Shown: in pieces, positions 44,319 through 53,737 of the stretch
Position numbering within the stretch: position 1 is the first letter of the stretch
Layout: each line of letters begins with the position of its first letter
Notes under the pieces: generated by a model
What the model saw: only the letters and a program-made list of their open reading frames with translations
Database searches by the model: none
What the model was told of the DNA's origin: nothing
IMG/VR virus record: IMGVR_UViG_3300047160_036265
Reading direction: 5' to 3' (one strand)
DNA: 55,242 bases
Source of the DNA: a virus
Translations under genes and position numbers: made by a program

Positions 44319-44738
44319 TTACCCCTTACACCAGAACGCCCCGCAATCCCGTGAACCATCCACGTTGCGCTTGTAGAGATACCCTTCCGCCTGTTTGCTA
44401 TTGTAGTCCTCAAACACCTTGGTGTCAGTAGGCAAAAAGGCCAAGTTCATCTCCTTGAACTCCAGGTATTTACGCTCATACAGACCGTGGGCAACGGCCT
44501 CCACCACGTCCAGTTGCTTGAGGCATTCCTCATCAATTTCGTACAGTTCTCCGTAGATCGGACTGCCGGCCCCCTGCTCGGCGTCCACCATCGCAGGATG
44601 CCCGGCCAACTGGTGGATGCGGTAGTTGGGCTTGGTAATACCGATGCCCAGGTAACGCTGGCCCTGCAAGTAGCGGTAGCGCGTGTGGCCCTGCTTCAAA
44701 GTCCCATATACGAACATGATATGCTTTCTCGTTGTCAT
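44319..44738 (-). CDS. gamma-glutamyl cyclotransferase-like (AIG2/GGCT family) protein
   Basis: MFVYGTLKQG...GELYEI, the family signature. AGGAGAAA Shine-Dalgarno. Confidence 0.7.
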   Translation of the reverse strand: MTTRKHIMFVYGTLKQGHTRYRYLQGQRYLGIGITKPNYRIHQLAGHPAMVDAEQGAGSPIYGELYEIDEECLKQLDVVEAVAHGLYERKYLEFKEMNLAFLPTDTKVFEDYNSKQAEGYLYKRNVDGSRDCGAFWCKG

Positions 44739-44789
44739 TTTTCTCCTAAGCCAATGTAATCAAGGCGGCAGCCAACCCTCCAAGGTAAC

Positions 44790-44951
44790 TCACTTGGCAT
44801 TAAGAACCAGTGAGAAGCCCAGGGCGAAAGCCCCCGCAATACAACCGAGTAAAAAGGCCACCAAAATCCAACTCACCAGCTTGCTGAGTGGGTTGGTTTC
44901 GGTGGCCTTTTGTTGCCGCACCAGGCGGCTGGTATCCCATCTCGGCTTCAT
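44790..44951 (-). CDS. small membrane protein (about 53 aa)
   Basis: Internal ATG 4 nt after the upstream stop. Hydrophobic C-terminus. Confidence 0.35.
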   Translation of the reverse strand: MKPRWDTSRLVRQQKATETNPLSKLVSWILVAFLLGCIAGAFALGFSLVLNAK

Positions 44952-44955
44952 GCCA

Positions 44956-45231
44956 TTATGTAGCACAGCAGCGCACGAAGAAATCGTGCATCTCGAACAA
45001 CTTCTTGGCCTTGGCGTCACCGGGTTGAGGCTTGCGGCCCCGACCTCCGCTGCCGTACAGGGCGTCCATCCGCAGCAGTGCCTCAGCCATGTCGGCCTCC
45101 CCCGCCATGCCGTACTGCGCGAGGGTCGTATGCAACGCCGTCAAGCGCCGGTGCGCCCTACCATCCCGGTCGGCGGCTACCTTCAGCTTGTCGTAGAAGC
45201 TGGAGCCGGACGGCAGCAGTTGCAGGTTCAT
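44956..45231 (-). CDS. hypothetical protein (about 91 aa)
   Basis: ATG (MNLQLL...) with GAAGGGGA Shine-Dalgarno. Confidence 0.4.
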   Translation of the reverse strand: MNLQLLPSGSSFYDKLKVAADRDGRAHRRLTALHTTLAQYGMAGEADMAEALLRMDALYGSGGRGRKPQPGDAKAKKLFEMHDFFVRCCAT

Positions 45232-45277
45232 TAACACAGTCGTTCCCCTTCTTGTGAAAGCCAGTTTCTCCCGTGCC

Positions 45278-45889
45278 CTATATTACTTCCGTAGTGCCGT
45301 CAAACGAAACCGCAAACAGGTTGAGCAGCAAGTTTTCCAGTCCAACTGCCTGCCGCTCCACCAGACCGGCACCCAGGCAATATATACAGAAGCCAATGAA
45401 GGTTTCCCACAACGCAGAGGGTCCGCACAGCCATGATGCGCTGAGGGGATGGCCGTATTTCTTGACGACCCCCTCCTCGATCAAGCTGCTGGCCTTCACC
45501 CGGTTTTCAATCGTTACGACCGGGAAGACCATGTTGAAGGTTTGCTGGGGCTGAGCCTGGCAGACGAGCCTGTTGCCGGCCAGCGCAGACACTTTCCTGA
45601 TGTCGGTAAGCGGATGATTGGGCGGGCAAAACAGCCAAGGCCCTGAAGGTAGGTCGCTAACCAGGAGACTGGCGTAACGATCAATCGCCCGGTTGTCCAG
45701 ATCGGTCTGCCCAGGGACGCAGACCACTCCCAACTCCTTTAGTTTTTCTTTGCCATCCGGCGGTATTCCATAGTCCACTGCCGCTCCGGGCAGGCTCAAA
45801 GTCTTCAGCGACCTGGCCCAATTAACACCGCTGACTCTCCACGAAGTTTCATCGAACTCGGTGATGACGGTCGGGTTTATTTCATTCAT
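45278..45889 (-). CDS. hypothetical protein (about 203 aa)
   Basis: Internal ATG (MNEINPT...) with AAGGAGA Shine-Dalgarno. Confidence 0.5.
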   Translation of the reverse strand: MNEINPTVITEFDETSWRVSGVNWARSLKTLSLPGAAVDYGIPPDGKEKLKELGVVCVPGQTDLDNRAIDRYASLLVSDLPSGPWLFCPPNHPLTDIRKVSALAGNRLVCQAQPQQTFNMVFPVVTIENRVKASSLIEEGVVKKYGHPLSASWLCGPSALWETFIGFCIYCLGAGLVERQAVGLENLLLNLFAVSFDGTTEVI

Positions 45890-46592
45890 TATTCTCCTTA
45901 TTTCTGGCAAAATCAACGTATGAGAGTTCCGCAAGGCACTGGAACAGCGTGCCGTGGATGTCCATGATCTTGTCCTGGGGGTGATGCCCAAATATCCAGC
46001 GCTTGGGCTTGTGATACTCCCAGGAGAACATCTGGTCGAGCGCTTCCGCCGTGCGGCTGGGACTGAGGCCCTTGCGGTCGAAACTGCCGTTGGTCTGGAA
46101 ATGCGAGATTACCGACTTCGGGCATTCGTGGGTGATGACGAATTCGGGCTTGATACGCTGATAAAGCTCGATAGCCTCCCGAAGCGTGGCGTAGTCAAGC
46201 TGCTCCTTATCCCACCAGTTGACACCGCTGACCCGCACCACCTTATCAATGCTATCGCCGCCCCGCACGAAGAAGATATTGCCGAAGCCGGGAACCGCAT
46301 AAGTCCCGTAATCCCCAAGGAAATGGGCCGGTTGCAGGGCGAATTTACCGGCGGCGTCCTCGGTGTAGTTGTCGTGGTTGCCAGCCACAATACGGTGCCG
46401 CTTGGCGTCGAGGTTGTGGACCAGATAGCTGTAGGCGTCACCAGCGCCCGTGGTGTAACAATCCCCCACCTGGATGCTGTATTCGGCGTCCTTGGCCAGT
46501 TCGACATATTTGCCCAGCTTGCCGTGAACATCTCCGATCACGCGCAGGAATGGCTTGATGGTGAAATCGTCACGCTTTTTCTTCGTCTTCAT
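45882..46592 (-). CDS. calcineurin-like metallophosphoesterase (236 aa)
   Basis: GDVHG, GDxxxxG, GNHD and GHH motifs of the PPP/lambda-phosphatase fold. Confidence 0.75.
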   Translation of the reverse strand: MKTKKKRDDFTIKPFLRVIGDVHGKLGKYVELAKDAEYSIQVGDCYTTGAGDAYSYLVHNLDAKRHRIVAGNHDNYTEDAAGKFALQPAHFLGDYGTYAVPGFGNIFFVRGGDSIDKVVRVSGVNWWDKEQLDYATLREAIELYQRIKPEFVITHECPKSVISHFQTNGSFDRKGLSPSRTAEALDQMFSWEYHKPKRWIFGHHPQDKIMDIHGTLFQCLAELSYVDFARNKENNE

Positions 46593-47022
46593 CGTGGCTC
46601 CGCACCTTCAAGAAGGCCAATTCAAAGTACCGAATGACTTCCTCCTGCATTAAATGAGTCCAATATTCGTTGTTCCAGTCGATCTCCCGCCAGACACGGG
46701 GATCATAGCAGTATTGCAAAATCCCGAAGTGCCAGCCGTTGTGGTCGAAGTGGAACACGCTCACCAAGTCGTTCGTCTCGACGCCCTGCGATTCCTTGTT
46801 CCGCACAAAGCGGTCCAGGCCGAATACGATCTCCTTCGCCCCTTTGCACAGGAGGCAGTTCATGGCGAACTTTATCACGTCCTGCGGAGGGATGTCGAGG
46901 ATGCCGACGTTGACTTTATCGCCGGCCTCCCCTTCCCACACGCAGCGGTTGGGAACGCCTCGTTCCTCCAGGCCACGCTCACAGCACTCCACGAACACGT
47001 CCACGATGTTTTCATCGCTCAT
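46570..47022 (-). CDS. hypothetical protein (150 aa)
   Basis: ATG with GAGGAC Shine-Dalgarno. Confidence 0.5.
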   Translation of the reverse strand: MSDENIVDVFVECCERGLEERGVPNRCVWEGEAGDKVNVGILDIPPQDVIKFAMNCLLCKGAKEIVFGLDRFVRNKESQGVETNDLVSVFHFDHNGWHFGILQYCYDPRVWREIDWNNEYWTHLMQEEVIRYFELAFLKVRSHDEDEEKA

Positions 47023-47031
47023 CTTGCGTCC

Positions 47032-48024
47032 TCATCGCCACCCGCACCCGCCATATCCGCCGTACACAACGGGGGGCGGCGGAAAGTAGGTCGGCCCTGG
47101 GGCCGGGTAGTAATATCGTGGTTGCTGGTAACGGGTGTCCGCCTGGATATTGATGATGTAGTTCCCTCCAGGCACACAATCGGTCGTTATAACCTCGGTG
47201 GTTCCGAGAATGTAGCTGCGCACCTTGCCAGCAGGCACTTCGATTTTGACGGTCTGGCCCGCCTGCACAACGTACTGCTTCTTGTTGACCACCACGGTGG
47301 TGGAACGGGACAGCTTGTTCACCAGGGACAGCGTGCCGGTATCTTTGTCACTCGGAGCGGGCGGTGCCGGCGTGTCTTCCTTCTCCTTCTCCTTGGGGGC
47401 AGGCTCCGTCGAACGGACGATGATGCTGAACTTCTCGCCCGCCTTGACCGTCCTTTTTATTTTGTCAGTCACCCCCTCGATCTGGTAGGTGAAGTCACCC
47501 GGTTCCACCTGTACGGTCTTGGAATCCTTGCCGGCGACCTTGTACTTCTTGTCGTTAAGAATGACCGTAACCTCGTTGCTCCAGTTGTTCTTAACTTCCA
47601 CGACCGCCTCCTTCTTGGCCGGAGCGGGGGCCGGTCCTGGCCCCTGCTCCTTGCCCTGGGCTACCAGCAGGTCGTCAATGCTCTCGTCCACCCGGCCCTT
47701 GCCGCCGAAGACCACAAAACTACTGAACTCCCGCACCTGGGGCGGGCGCATAGGCTTGGGAGCAGCTTCCTTGCCACCCACAGCAGGGACAACCCCCGGC
47801 TGCTTTTTCAACTTTTCAACTTCCTGTTCCAGCCGGTTCATGCGCTCCTTCAGGTTGCCCACGTCCTTGCCCATCGCCTTCGCGTCCCGCCGCATCTCTT
47901 CCAGAATCTTGATGATCTGGTCGATCTTGTCGGCCTTGCCCTTGTCCTCCTGGGAGAACGAATCGCTACACATGAGGGCCAGGGGCAGAACCAACGCCAG
48001 GGCGAGGATTCCCATATATCGCAT
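47032..48024 (-). CDS. secreted/lipoprotein-like protein with coiled coil, repeats and a Tyr/Pro-rich C-terminus (about 330 aa)
   Basis: Internal ATG (MRYMGILALALVLPLALMCSDS...) with AAAGGAG Shine-Dalgarno. Signal peptide with a Cys near the cleavage site. Confidence 0.5.
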   Translation of the reverse strand: MRYMGILALALVLPLALMCSDSFSQEDKGKADKIDQIIKILEEMRRDAKAMGKDVGNLKERMNRLEQEVEKLKKQPGVVPAVGGKEAAPKPMRPPQVREFSSFVVFGGKGRVDESIDDLLVAQGKEQGPGPAPAPAKKEAVVEVKNNWSNEVTVILNDKKYKVAGKDSKTVQVEPGDFTYQIEGVTDKIKRTVKAGEKFSIIVRSTEPAPKEKEKEDTPAPPAPSDKDTGTLSLVNKLSRSTTVVVNKKQYVVQAGQTVKIEVPAGKVRSYILGTTEVITTDCVPGGNYIINIQADTRYQQPRYYYPAPGPTYFPPPPVVYGGYGGCGWR

Positions 48025-48037
48025 TATCAAACTCCTT

Positions 48038-49333
48038 TTATGCGGCCTTGACCGGCAGCAGTTTGACTTCGCCCCGCACAACTTCGGGGGTCACGACCCA
48101 CTTGCCGCCCTTGTGGTCAGGCAGTTCGTACATGATGTCGAGCATGATCTCCTCAACCACGCCCCGCAAAGCACGCGCACCCGTATCCCGTTCGATGGCG
48201 AGCTTGGCGATTTCCTTGACAGCACCGGGCGTAAACTCCAGGTCGGCCCCGTCCATGCGGAAAATCTTCATGTATTGCTTGAGCAGGGCGTCCTTGGGGT
48301 CGGTCAGAATCTTGCAGAGGAATTCCTCGTTCAGTTCGCAAAGCGTGGTGATGACCGGGAGCCGCCCGACGAATTCGGGGATCATGCCGAACTCGATCAG
48401 GTCGTCGCTTGTCACCTTGCCCATGATGGCATCGTTCTGTTCCTGCTCTGTGCCCTCCTCGTGTTTGACGCCGAAGCCGATGCTCCGCTTGCCGGTGCGG
48501 CGGGCGATGATGTCCTTGAGGCCGGTGAACGTGCCGCCGCAGATGAACAGAATGTTGGTGGTGTCCACCTGGATATATTGTTGCTCCGGGTGCTTGCGCC
48601 CGCCCTGTGGGGGGACGTTCGCCAACGTGCCTTCCAACATCTTCAGAAGGGCCTGCTGGACCCCTTCGCCCGACACGTCACGGGTGATGGAAATGTTCTG
48701 GTTGGTTTTGCCGATCTTGTCAACCTCATCGAGATAAATGATGCCGCACTGAGCGGCCTCGATGTTAAAATCTGCCGACCGAAGCAGCCGCAGCAGCAGG
48801 TTCTCAACGTCTTCGCCAACGTAGCCCGCCTCTGTCAACGTGGTAGCGTCCCCGATGGCGAATGGCACGTCCAGCTTCTTGGCCAGGGTCCGTGCCAGGA
48901 GGGTCTTGCCAGAACCAGTAGGGCCGATCAACAAGATGTTGCTCTTGTCGATGTTGACCTCGGCCAAGGGGTCCGCCTCACCATCCTTTCTGGTAAGCGT
49001 GTGGTCCTTCAACCGCTTGTAGTGGTTGGCGACGGCCACGGCCAGAATCTTCTTGGCCCGGTCCTGGCCGATAACGTACTGGTCCATGTGCGCGACCAGT
49101 TCCTTCGGAGAAGGGATGCGCTGCGGAAGGTACTGGTCGGACAATTCGCGCTTGAGATTTTGCTTCCTGACAATCTCCTCGCAGATGCCGACGCAGCCGG
49201 CGCAGATGAACACCTTATCCTCGTCGGGTGTTCGTCCGTTGGCCAGCGCCCCTGGACCTTCGATCAGCGGTCCCACTACCTTGTGGGACTGCTTGCAAAA
49301 GTCACAATGCTGATCCCTCTTCTTCCTCGTCAT
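48038..49333 (-). CDS. clpX: ClpX ATP-dependent protease ATPase subunit
   Basis: N-terminal C4 zinc finger (CDFC...CAGC), Walker A GPTGSGKT, and ClpX-typical blocks. ATG (MTRKKRDQH...) with AAGAGG Shine-Dalgarno. Confidence 0.85.
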   Translation of the reverse strand: MTRKKRDQHCDFCKQSHKVVGPLIEGPGALANGRTPDEDKVFICAGCVGICEEIVRKQNLKRELSDQYLPQRIPSPKELVAHMDQYVIGQDRAKKILAVAVANHYKRLKDHTLTRKDGEADPLAEVNIDKSNILLIGPTGSGKTLLARTLAKKLDVPFAIGDATTLTEAGYVGEDVENLLLRLLRSADFNIEAAQCGIIYLDEVDKIGKTNQNISITRDVSGEGVQQALLKMLEGTLANVPPQGGRKHPEQQYIQVDTTNILFICGGTFTGLKDIIARRTGKRSIGFGVKHEEGTEQEQNDAIMGKVTSDDLIEFGMIPEFVGRLPVITTLCELNEEFLCKILTDPKDALLKQYMKIFRMDGADLEFTPGAVKEIAKLAIERDTGARALRGVVEEIMLDIMYELPDHKGGKWVVTPEVVRGEVKLLPVKAA

Positions 49334-49374
49334 GCTTGCCTCTTTCGGGTTGTGGGTAGTTGATTGCACATCTC

Positions 49375-49403
49375 AGTATACTCGCCAGCGAAGACGCTGT
49401 AAA
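49375..49403 (-). promoter_or_regulatory. promoter P14 (clpX)
   Basis: TTTACAGC + 17 nt + TATACT. Confidence 0.5.
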
Positions 49404-49413
49404 GCAGTGAGCG

Positions 49414-50481
49414 TCAAGACTTTGCTCGCCGCCTGACCTCTTCCAAGGTCCGCTTACAGTGAGCCTTAAAGTCTTCGTCGGCCAAGGTTTCCACGATTTT
49501 CTCAACCTCTTCCAGCGGCTTTCGCTCCTCCAGGGCCGTCAGGATCAGGTCCAGGTCTTTGTTCTGCTTGCGGTAACAGGCCACTTCCAGTTCGGAAAGG
49601 GCATTGCTGACACGCTCCGGGTTGGGGTAGGGCTGGTCCAGGGCCTCCATCACTTCCTCGAAGTCGGGATCGCCGGTCAATTTGCAAATTGTCAGGGTCT
49701 TCAACACGGCCTTGCGCCCGGACTCAAGCTCCAGAAAATTGGTCGCCGCCTCCGCTTCCTCGTACTTCCCGGCAGCAGCCAGCAGAAACACCTGGCGCAA
49801 CCGGCGGAATTCGGCATGGAGCTTAACGACGTTCAACTCGTTCTGCGCCATCAAGGCAATCAGAGGCATGATGAGGGCCATCAGCCACATCCGAGTTGCC
49901 AGGGCAAAGAGAAACAGGAGTATACAGGTCAACTGGCCAACCCGTACCGCCCACCATGTTGCCCGGCGGTAATCCATGAAATGACCCAGGAACGACCGCA
50001 GGATGCGGCCACCGTCCATCGGATAGGCCGGTGCCAGGTTGAAAACGATCAGGATGAAGTTGATATAGGCGAGGGTGTAGGCGAAGGAAACCGCCTGCGC
50101 CCAGCCCAAGGACGCGAACACCAGCACCAGCACCCCGAACAGGCCGCACAGGACGACATTCACCATCGGCCCCATCAGTGTGACGAAGAACTCTTTTTTC
50201 GGCTCGTCCGGCCCCATCTGGATGGAAGCAATGCCGCCGATGGGGTAAATAGTGATCCTTTCCACCGGAACATCAAAGTATTTGGCAGTGAGGACGTGGC
50301 CGAATTCATGCAGGATGACGCAGGCATATACTGCCAGCATCAATACTAACACCAAGGGGTTGGGCAGCAACAACAGGAACATGAGAGTCCATGTCCAATG
50401 CGCATACAAGGGAACTCCGAAATAAGTACCCAGATGCGGATTCAGAACCTTGCTCACTCCGTTCCAGAAGGTAGTATTCAT
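49414..50481 (-). CDS. M50 family site-2 protease-like membrane metalloprotease
   Basis: HEFGH in a TM helix and NLAPAYPMDGGRIL (LDG motif). AAGGA Shine-Dalgarno. Confidence 0.75.
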   Translation of the reverse strand: MNTTFWNGVSKVLNPHLGTYFGVPLYAHWTWTLMFLLLLPNPLVLVLMLAVYACVILHEFGHVLTAKYFDVPVERITIYPIGGIASIQMGPDEPKKEFFVTLMGPMVNVVLCGLFGVLVLVFASLGWAQAVSFAYTLAYINFILIVFNLAPAYPMDGGRILRSFLGHFMDYRRATWWAVRVGQLTCILLFLFALATRMWLMALIMPLIALMAQNELNVVKLHAEFRRLRQVFLLAAAGKYEEAEAATNFLELESGRKAVLKTLTICKLTGDPDFEEVMEALDQPYPNPERVSNALSELEVACYRKQNKDLDLILTALEERKPLEEVEKIVETLADEDFKAHCKRTLEEVRRRAKS

Positions 50482-50564
50482 CCGTGATTCCTTGGGGCAG
50501 AGACACCTACTATTATAGGGGAGTTAGTCCAAGACTCGATTTTAGCATGTTCTGATGTGGGAGA

Positions 50565-50858
50565 CTAGCTCGGCTTGTCGTCGGGCGTGATCTTAAATTC
50601 CAAGCCGGCCTTGAAACCTTCCAGGTACTCGACAGTGGTTTCCAACTCCCTGGCAACGTCGAAAAGCCAGTCGCCGGTGCAGTTTTCCGCACCCAGGAGC
50701 GGGGTTTCCAGCAAGCAGCACTGGTTTTTGGAGGGGGAGAGGCGATAGCACGAGTTGAGCGGGTCGAATGTCATCAAGGGGCGCTGGTGGCTCATGCTTA
50801 CTTTGCAGCCCAGCTTAAAGGCTACGGCGTAAGAGTCGATGAGCTTTTGGCGATTCAT
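50565..50858 (-). CDS. hypothetical protein (97 aa)
   Basis: ATGA-coupled. Confidence 0.45.
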   Translation of the reverse strand: MNRQKLIDSYAVAFKLGCKVSMSHQRPLMTFDPLNSCYRLSPSKNQCCLLETPLLGAENCTGDWLFDVARELETTVEYLEGFKAGLEFKITPDDKPS

Positions 50859-51805
50859 GCTGCACTTCCTTCTACCAACCTGAGCCAGCGAGCGAACCCA
50901 GCCAGGGTCACTTCGCCGTAGTCAAAAGGGTCCGGCATCCCAAGTTCCTTTGCCTTCAACCTCCAGTGGCCTCGTTTCCACGGGTACTTCGCTATTTCCT
51001 CTGGTGACATTTTGGACGTATCGGGGTAGTCGAGGGTTCCACCGCCGCCAAAGCCATATTTTTGCTTGAGGGCTTCCTTTTCCGCACCGATGGCGGTGTG
51101 GTAGCGGGCCAATGCCCGGATACGCTCCATGTCCTGGTCAACGGTCAATTTTTTTTTTGAGGCGAGTGCTTCGCCCAGCGTTTCCTTGAACTTCCAGACC
51201 GGCCCAAGCTCCTCGTTGCCGTTGGCAATCCGGGCGTCCTTGCCAACTTGCAACTCGTCAATGGCACCATTGACCATCTGCCAGCCGCCTTCGGGCGGGA
51301 TGCCCCAGAACATGACGACTTCTACGCCGCTGATATATCCGTGGCGACCGATGAGATTCTGGCGCAGGGCAAGCTCCCGAACCTTCCAGTGGTCGATGTC
51401 CTGCTTTTGGCCAATTTCCCGGTAGCCGCCCGTATCGGGGTCGCGTTCGCTGCTGTATATGGTGCGGGTATAGCTGATGTCAGGCAGCACCTTCTCCAGA
51501 TCGGGACCGAAGAAGCCCTTGAGTACGTCGGGGTCGCCAATATGTTGTTCGTGGCCTGTGCCGGCTGAAAAGGCATGGAGCCTGCGGCCCTGGTCGTCGG
51601 GATAGCGTGTGTAAAAGAAGGCGGTTTGGCCACGACCGTAGCGGGCGTTGACGGAGCTAGGCCGCAATACGTCCGGTCCACGGGTCAGGGCTTGCGGGGG
51701 TATGAGTTTCTGGCCGTCGCTGAAGTCCATGTGGTATTTATCCTGTGGGGTGTTTTTATACCAAGAAAGCCCTGGCGGAAACCAGGGCTTTCTTGGTGAC
51801 TTCAT
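50855..51805 (-). CDS. hypothetical protein (about 316 aa)
   Basis: Internal ATG (MKSPRKPW...) overlapping the upstream TGA (TGATG). The track's N-terminal 90 aa are Gly/Pro-rich other-frame sequence. Confidence 0.45.
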   Translation of the reverse strand: MKSPRKPWFPPGLSWYKNTPQDKYHMDFSDGQKLIPPQALTRGPDVLRPSSVNARYGRGQTAFFYTRYPDDQGRRLHAFSAGTGHEQHIGDPDVLKGFFGPDLEKVLPDISYTRTIYSSERDPDTGGYREIGQKQDIDHWKVRELALRQNLIGRHGYISGVEVVMFWGIPPEGGWQMVNGAIDELQVGKDARIANGNEELGPVWKFKETLGEALASKKKLTVDQDMERIRALARYHTAIGAEKEALKQKYGFGGGGTLDYPDTSKMSPEEIAKYPWKRGHWRLKAKELGMPDPFDYGEVTLAGFARWLRLVEGSAA

Positions 51806-52191
51806 CACTTGGTCAGGCCCCGTAGGAATTCCGCCAGGGTGATGAGGTTGTCGTAACCGCCAACCTCCTCGGCAAACTCCTTCACCCTCTTGGCCTTGGC
51901 CGTGAAGCCCTGAAGGTCGGTCGGTGGCGGGGCCGCAGGCGGCGGGGGCGAAACGGCGGAAGGGACCACCGGAGAGGCCGTGGCCTGGACCGGCTGGGGA
52001 CGTTGCTTTCGGCGGGCCTCGGCCTGCTCTTCCCGGAACCTCTTGCGCTCGGCGTAGACCAGGGACGAGTGGCAAGTCTGCTTGTAGCGCTTCTGCATCT
52101 CGTCAATGATGTCCTGGGCGTCCGTCTCGGTGCCCAGGTCCAGTAAGATCGCCCGCACCATCTGGGTCCGGCTTTGCGTCTGCTGAGCCAT
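51805..52191 (-). CDS. hypothetical protein (128 aa)
   Basis: ATG with AGGAGA Shine-Dalgarno. Confidence 0.5.
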   Translation of the reverse strand: MAQQTQSRTQMVRAILLDLGTETDAQDIIDEMQKRYKQTCHSSLVYAERKRFREEQAEARRKQRPQPVQATASPVVPSAVSPPPPAAPPPTDLQGFTAKAKRVKEFAEEVGGYDNLITLAEFLRGLTK

Positions 52192-52230
52192 CTGTTCTCC
52201 TGTTGGAATTAGGGTACACAGCCTTACTTC

Positions 52231-52259
52231 AAGGGTACTTTGAATCCTCGGAATTGTAA
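52231..52259 (-). promoter_or_regulatory. promoter P11 (weak -10)
   Basis: TTTACAATT + 17 nt + TACCCT. Confidence 0.4.
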
Positions 52260-52266
52260 AGCGGCT

Positions 52267-52296
52267 ATAAAAAACGCCCGGCAGCCATGCCGGGCG
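52267..52296 (-). terminator. intrinsic terminator
   Basis: 8-bp stem CGCCCGGC/GCCGGGCG followed by TTTTTTAT on the minus strand. Downstream of the AT-hook gene. Confidence 0.6.
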
Positions 52297-52327
52297 TATT
52301 GATATGCCGCCGCCGTGCAGAACGTGG

Positions 52328-52846
52328 TTAGGCGGCGTCCTTCTTGAAGTACCGCATGGAGTCGTTGTCCCGCACCAGAACCTTCTTCTTCATCATGCGG
52401 CCCACGGCCTGCTGGACCATGTTGTGGAAGTTCTTGCTCGTGGAGACGTAGCCGGCCTTGAGCGCCAACTCCACCATCTCGGCCAGGCTCAATCCATGCT
52501 TGGCCTTCTCGACCAGTTCAAGGAGCAGTTCTTCCAGGGGCGGCTGCTTGTCCACCCCGGACTCGGCCTTGGACGGACGGCCCCTGCCCCGCTTGTCGGC
52601 ATCGCTCGCCGCCGCCGGCTTGCTGCGAGGAGCGCGAGGGGCAGAGGGCTTGGTCTTGGCCTCGGTCGCCTTGCCCACGGTAACGGTCGGTGCCGGCTTG
52701 GTCGGGGCACCACTGACGGGGGTGCTGTTGCCGCCGGGGAGGATGACACCAAGCTCTGCGATCTTGCTGTCGATCTCGTCCAGTTCCTTTTGCTTCGCCA
52801 CCTTTTGCTGAATTAGCTCGATGGCCTGTTCCAAATCAGTAGCCAC
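52328..52846 (-). CDS. AT-hook DNA-binding protein with N-terminal coiled coil (about 172 aa), GTG start
   Basis: KRGRGRPSK AT-hook. GTG (V8 of the track ORF) with AGGAGA Shine-Dalgarno. Confidence 0.45.
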   Translation of the reverse strand: MATDLEQAIELIQQKVAKQKELDEIDSKIAELGVILPGGNSTPVSGAPTKPAPTVTVGKATEAKTKPSAPRAPRSKPAAASDADKRGRGRPSKAESGVDKQPPLEELLLELVEKAKHGLSLAEMVELALKAGYVSTSKNFHNMVQQAVGRMMKKKVLVRDNDSMRYFKKDAA

Positions 52847-52935
52847 TGGCAGGTTCTCCTGTCCCACGTTTTATTTTCCAATCACCTGCTCCGGTGGGAC
52901 TTGCCGGCAGCCGGCGAACAACCGCCCTCTATCTC

Positions 52936-52964
52936 ACTATACGCCAATACTTGTGGGTGTAAAG
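52936..52964 (-). promoter_or_regulatory. promoter P12
   Basis: TTTACACCC + 16 nt + TATAGT. Confidence 0.55.
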
Positions 52965-53045
52965 CACAGACGGAGAGCTTTTTCAAAAATAGTGATCCGA
53001 TACTCGGTTATTTCCAGCACAGGGATTATCAGAAAGGAAACAACT

Positions 53046-53252
53046 ATGCTCGTGCTATCGAGAAAGAAGGACGAAACGATCATCCTCAAAGGCCCCGACA
53101 TGAAGGAAATAAAAATCACCGTGGTGCGCATCGACAACCGCAACAAGGTGAGGCTGGGGATCGAGGCCGATAAGGAAGTCACGGTCCTCCGCTCCGAACT
53201 CAACGGCATCGGTCACGGCAATGGCAACGGCAATCATGCCGGCGAAGCCTAA
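53046..53252 (+). CDS. csrA: CsrA/RsmA family RNA-binding regulator (68 aa)
   Basis: MLVLSRKKDETIILKGPDMKEIKITVVRIDNRNKVRLGIEADKEVTVLRSEL aligns to the CsrA consensus (MLILTRK.GE...VRIGI.AP..V.V.R.E). AAAGGA Shine-Dalgarno. The only well-supported plus-strand gene. Confidence 0.7.
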   Translation: MLVLSRKKDETIILKGPDMKEIKITVVRIDNRNKVRLGIEADKEVTVLRSELNGIGHGNGNGNHAGEA

Positions 53253-53737
53253 AGCGACAAAGCCTTGGTGATGACTTCTCGAACCCGCCGGTACTCCGGG
53301 CCATTGATGTCCCAGAAATAACGGGCAAAATAACACACCGCTTCAGCGGAGTATTCGGTGCCCTTCGTCCAGCCTGCCGCACGGACTTCCTCGGCCCAGC
53401 GAACAATCTGGTCGTCAGTGGCCTGGCTGCCTTCCCACGGGTGGCCTTCGGGCTTGCAGGGTGGCTTGCCCGCCGGGACATGGACAACCGCACGGCCATC
53501 ACCCCCACTCCGGGCCTGGCGGGTTTCCACGGCTGGCGGGGTTTCGACAGGCGGGGTATCGACGGCTGGGGACTGTTCCGCATCTGAAGGTGGGGACGAG
53601 CCGGGCAGGATACCCCCGGCGGTGGCCGCAGTGTCGGCCAACTTGGTAGGATAAAAATTGTGACCGCACTCACACCGCTGGGTCCGTAACCCGACCGACT
53701 TCTTGCACTTCGGGCATTCCTTATGACCACGGGGCAT
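53249..53737 (-). CDS. zinc-ribbon protein (162 aa)
   Basis: CPKC...CECGH. GGAGGAAGG Shine-Dalgarno. Downstream of P13. Its 3' end overlaps the csrA stop convergently. Confidence 0.55.
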   Translation of the reverse strand: MPRGHKECPKCKKSVGLRTQRCECGHNFYPTKLADTAATAGGILPGSSPPSDAEQSPAVDTPPVETPPAVETRQARSGGDGRAVVHVPAGKPPCKPEGHPWEGSQATDDQIVRWAEEVRAAGWTKGTEYSAEAVCYFARYFWDINGPEYRRVREVITKALSL

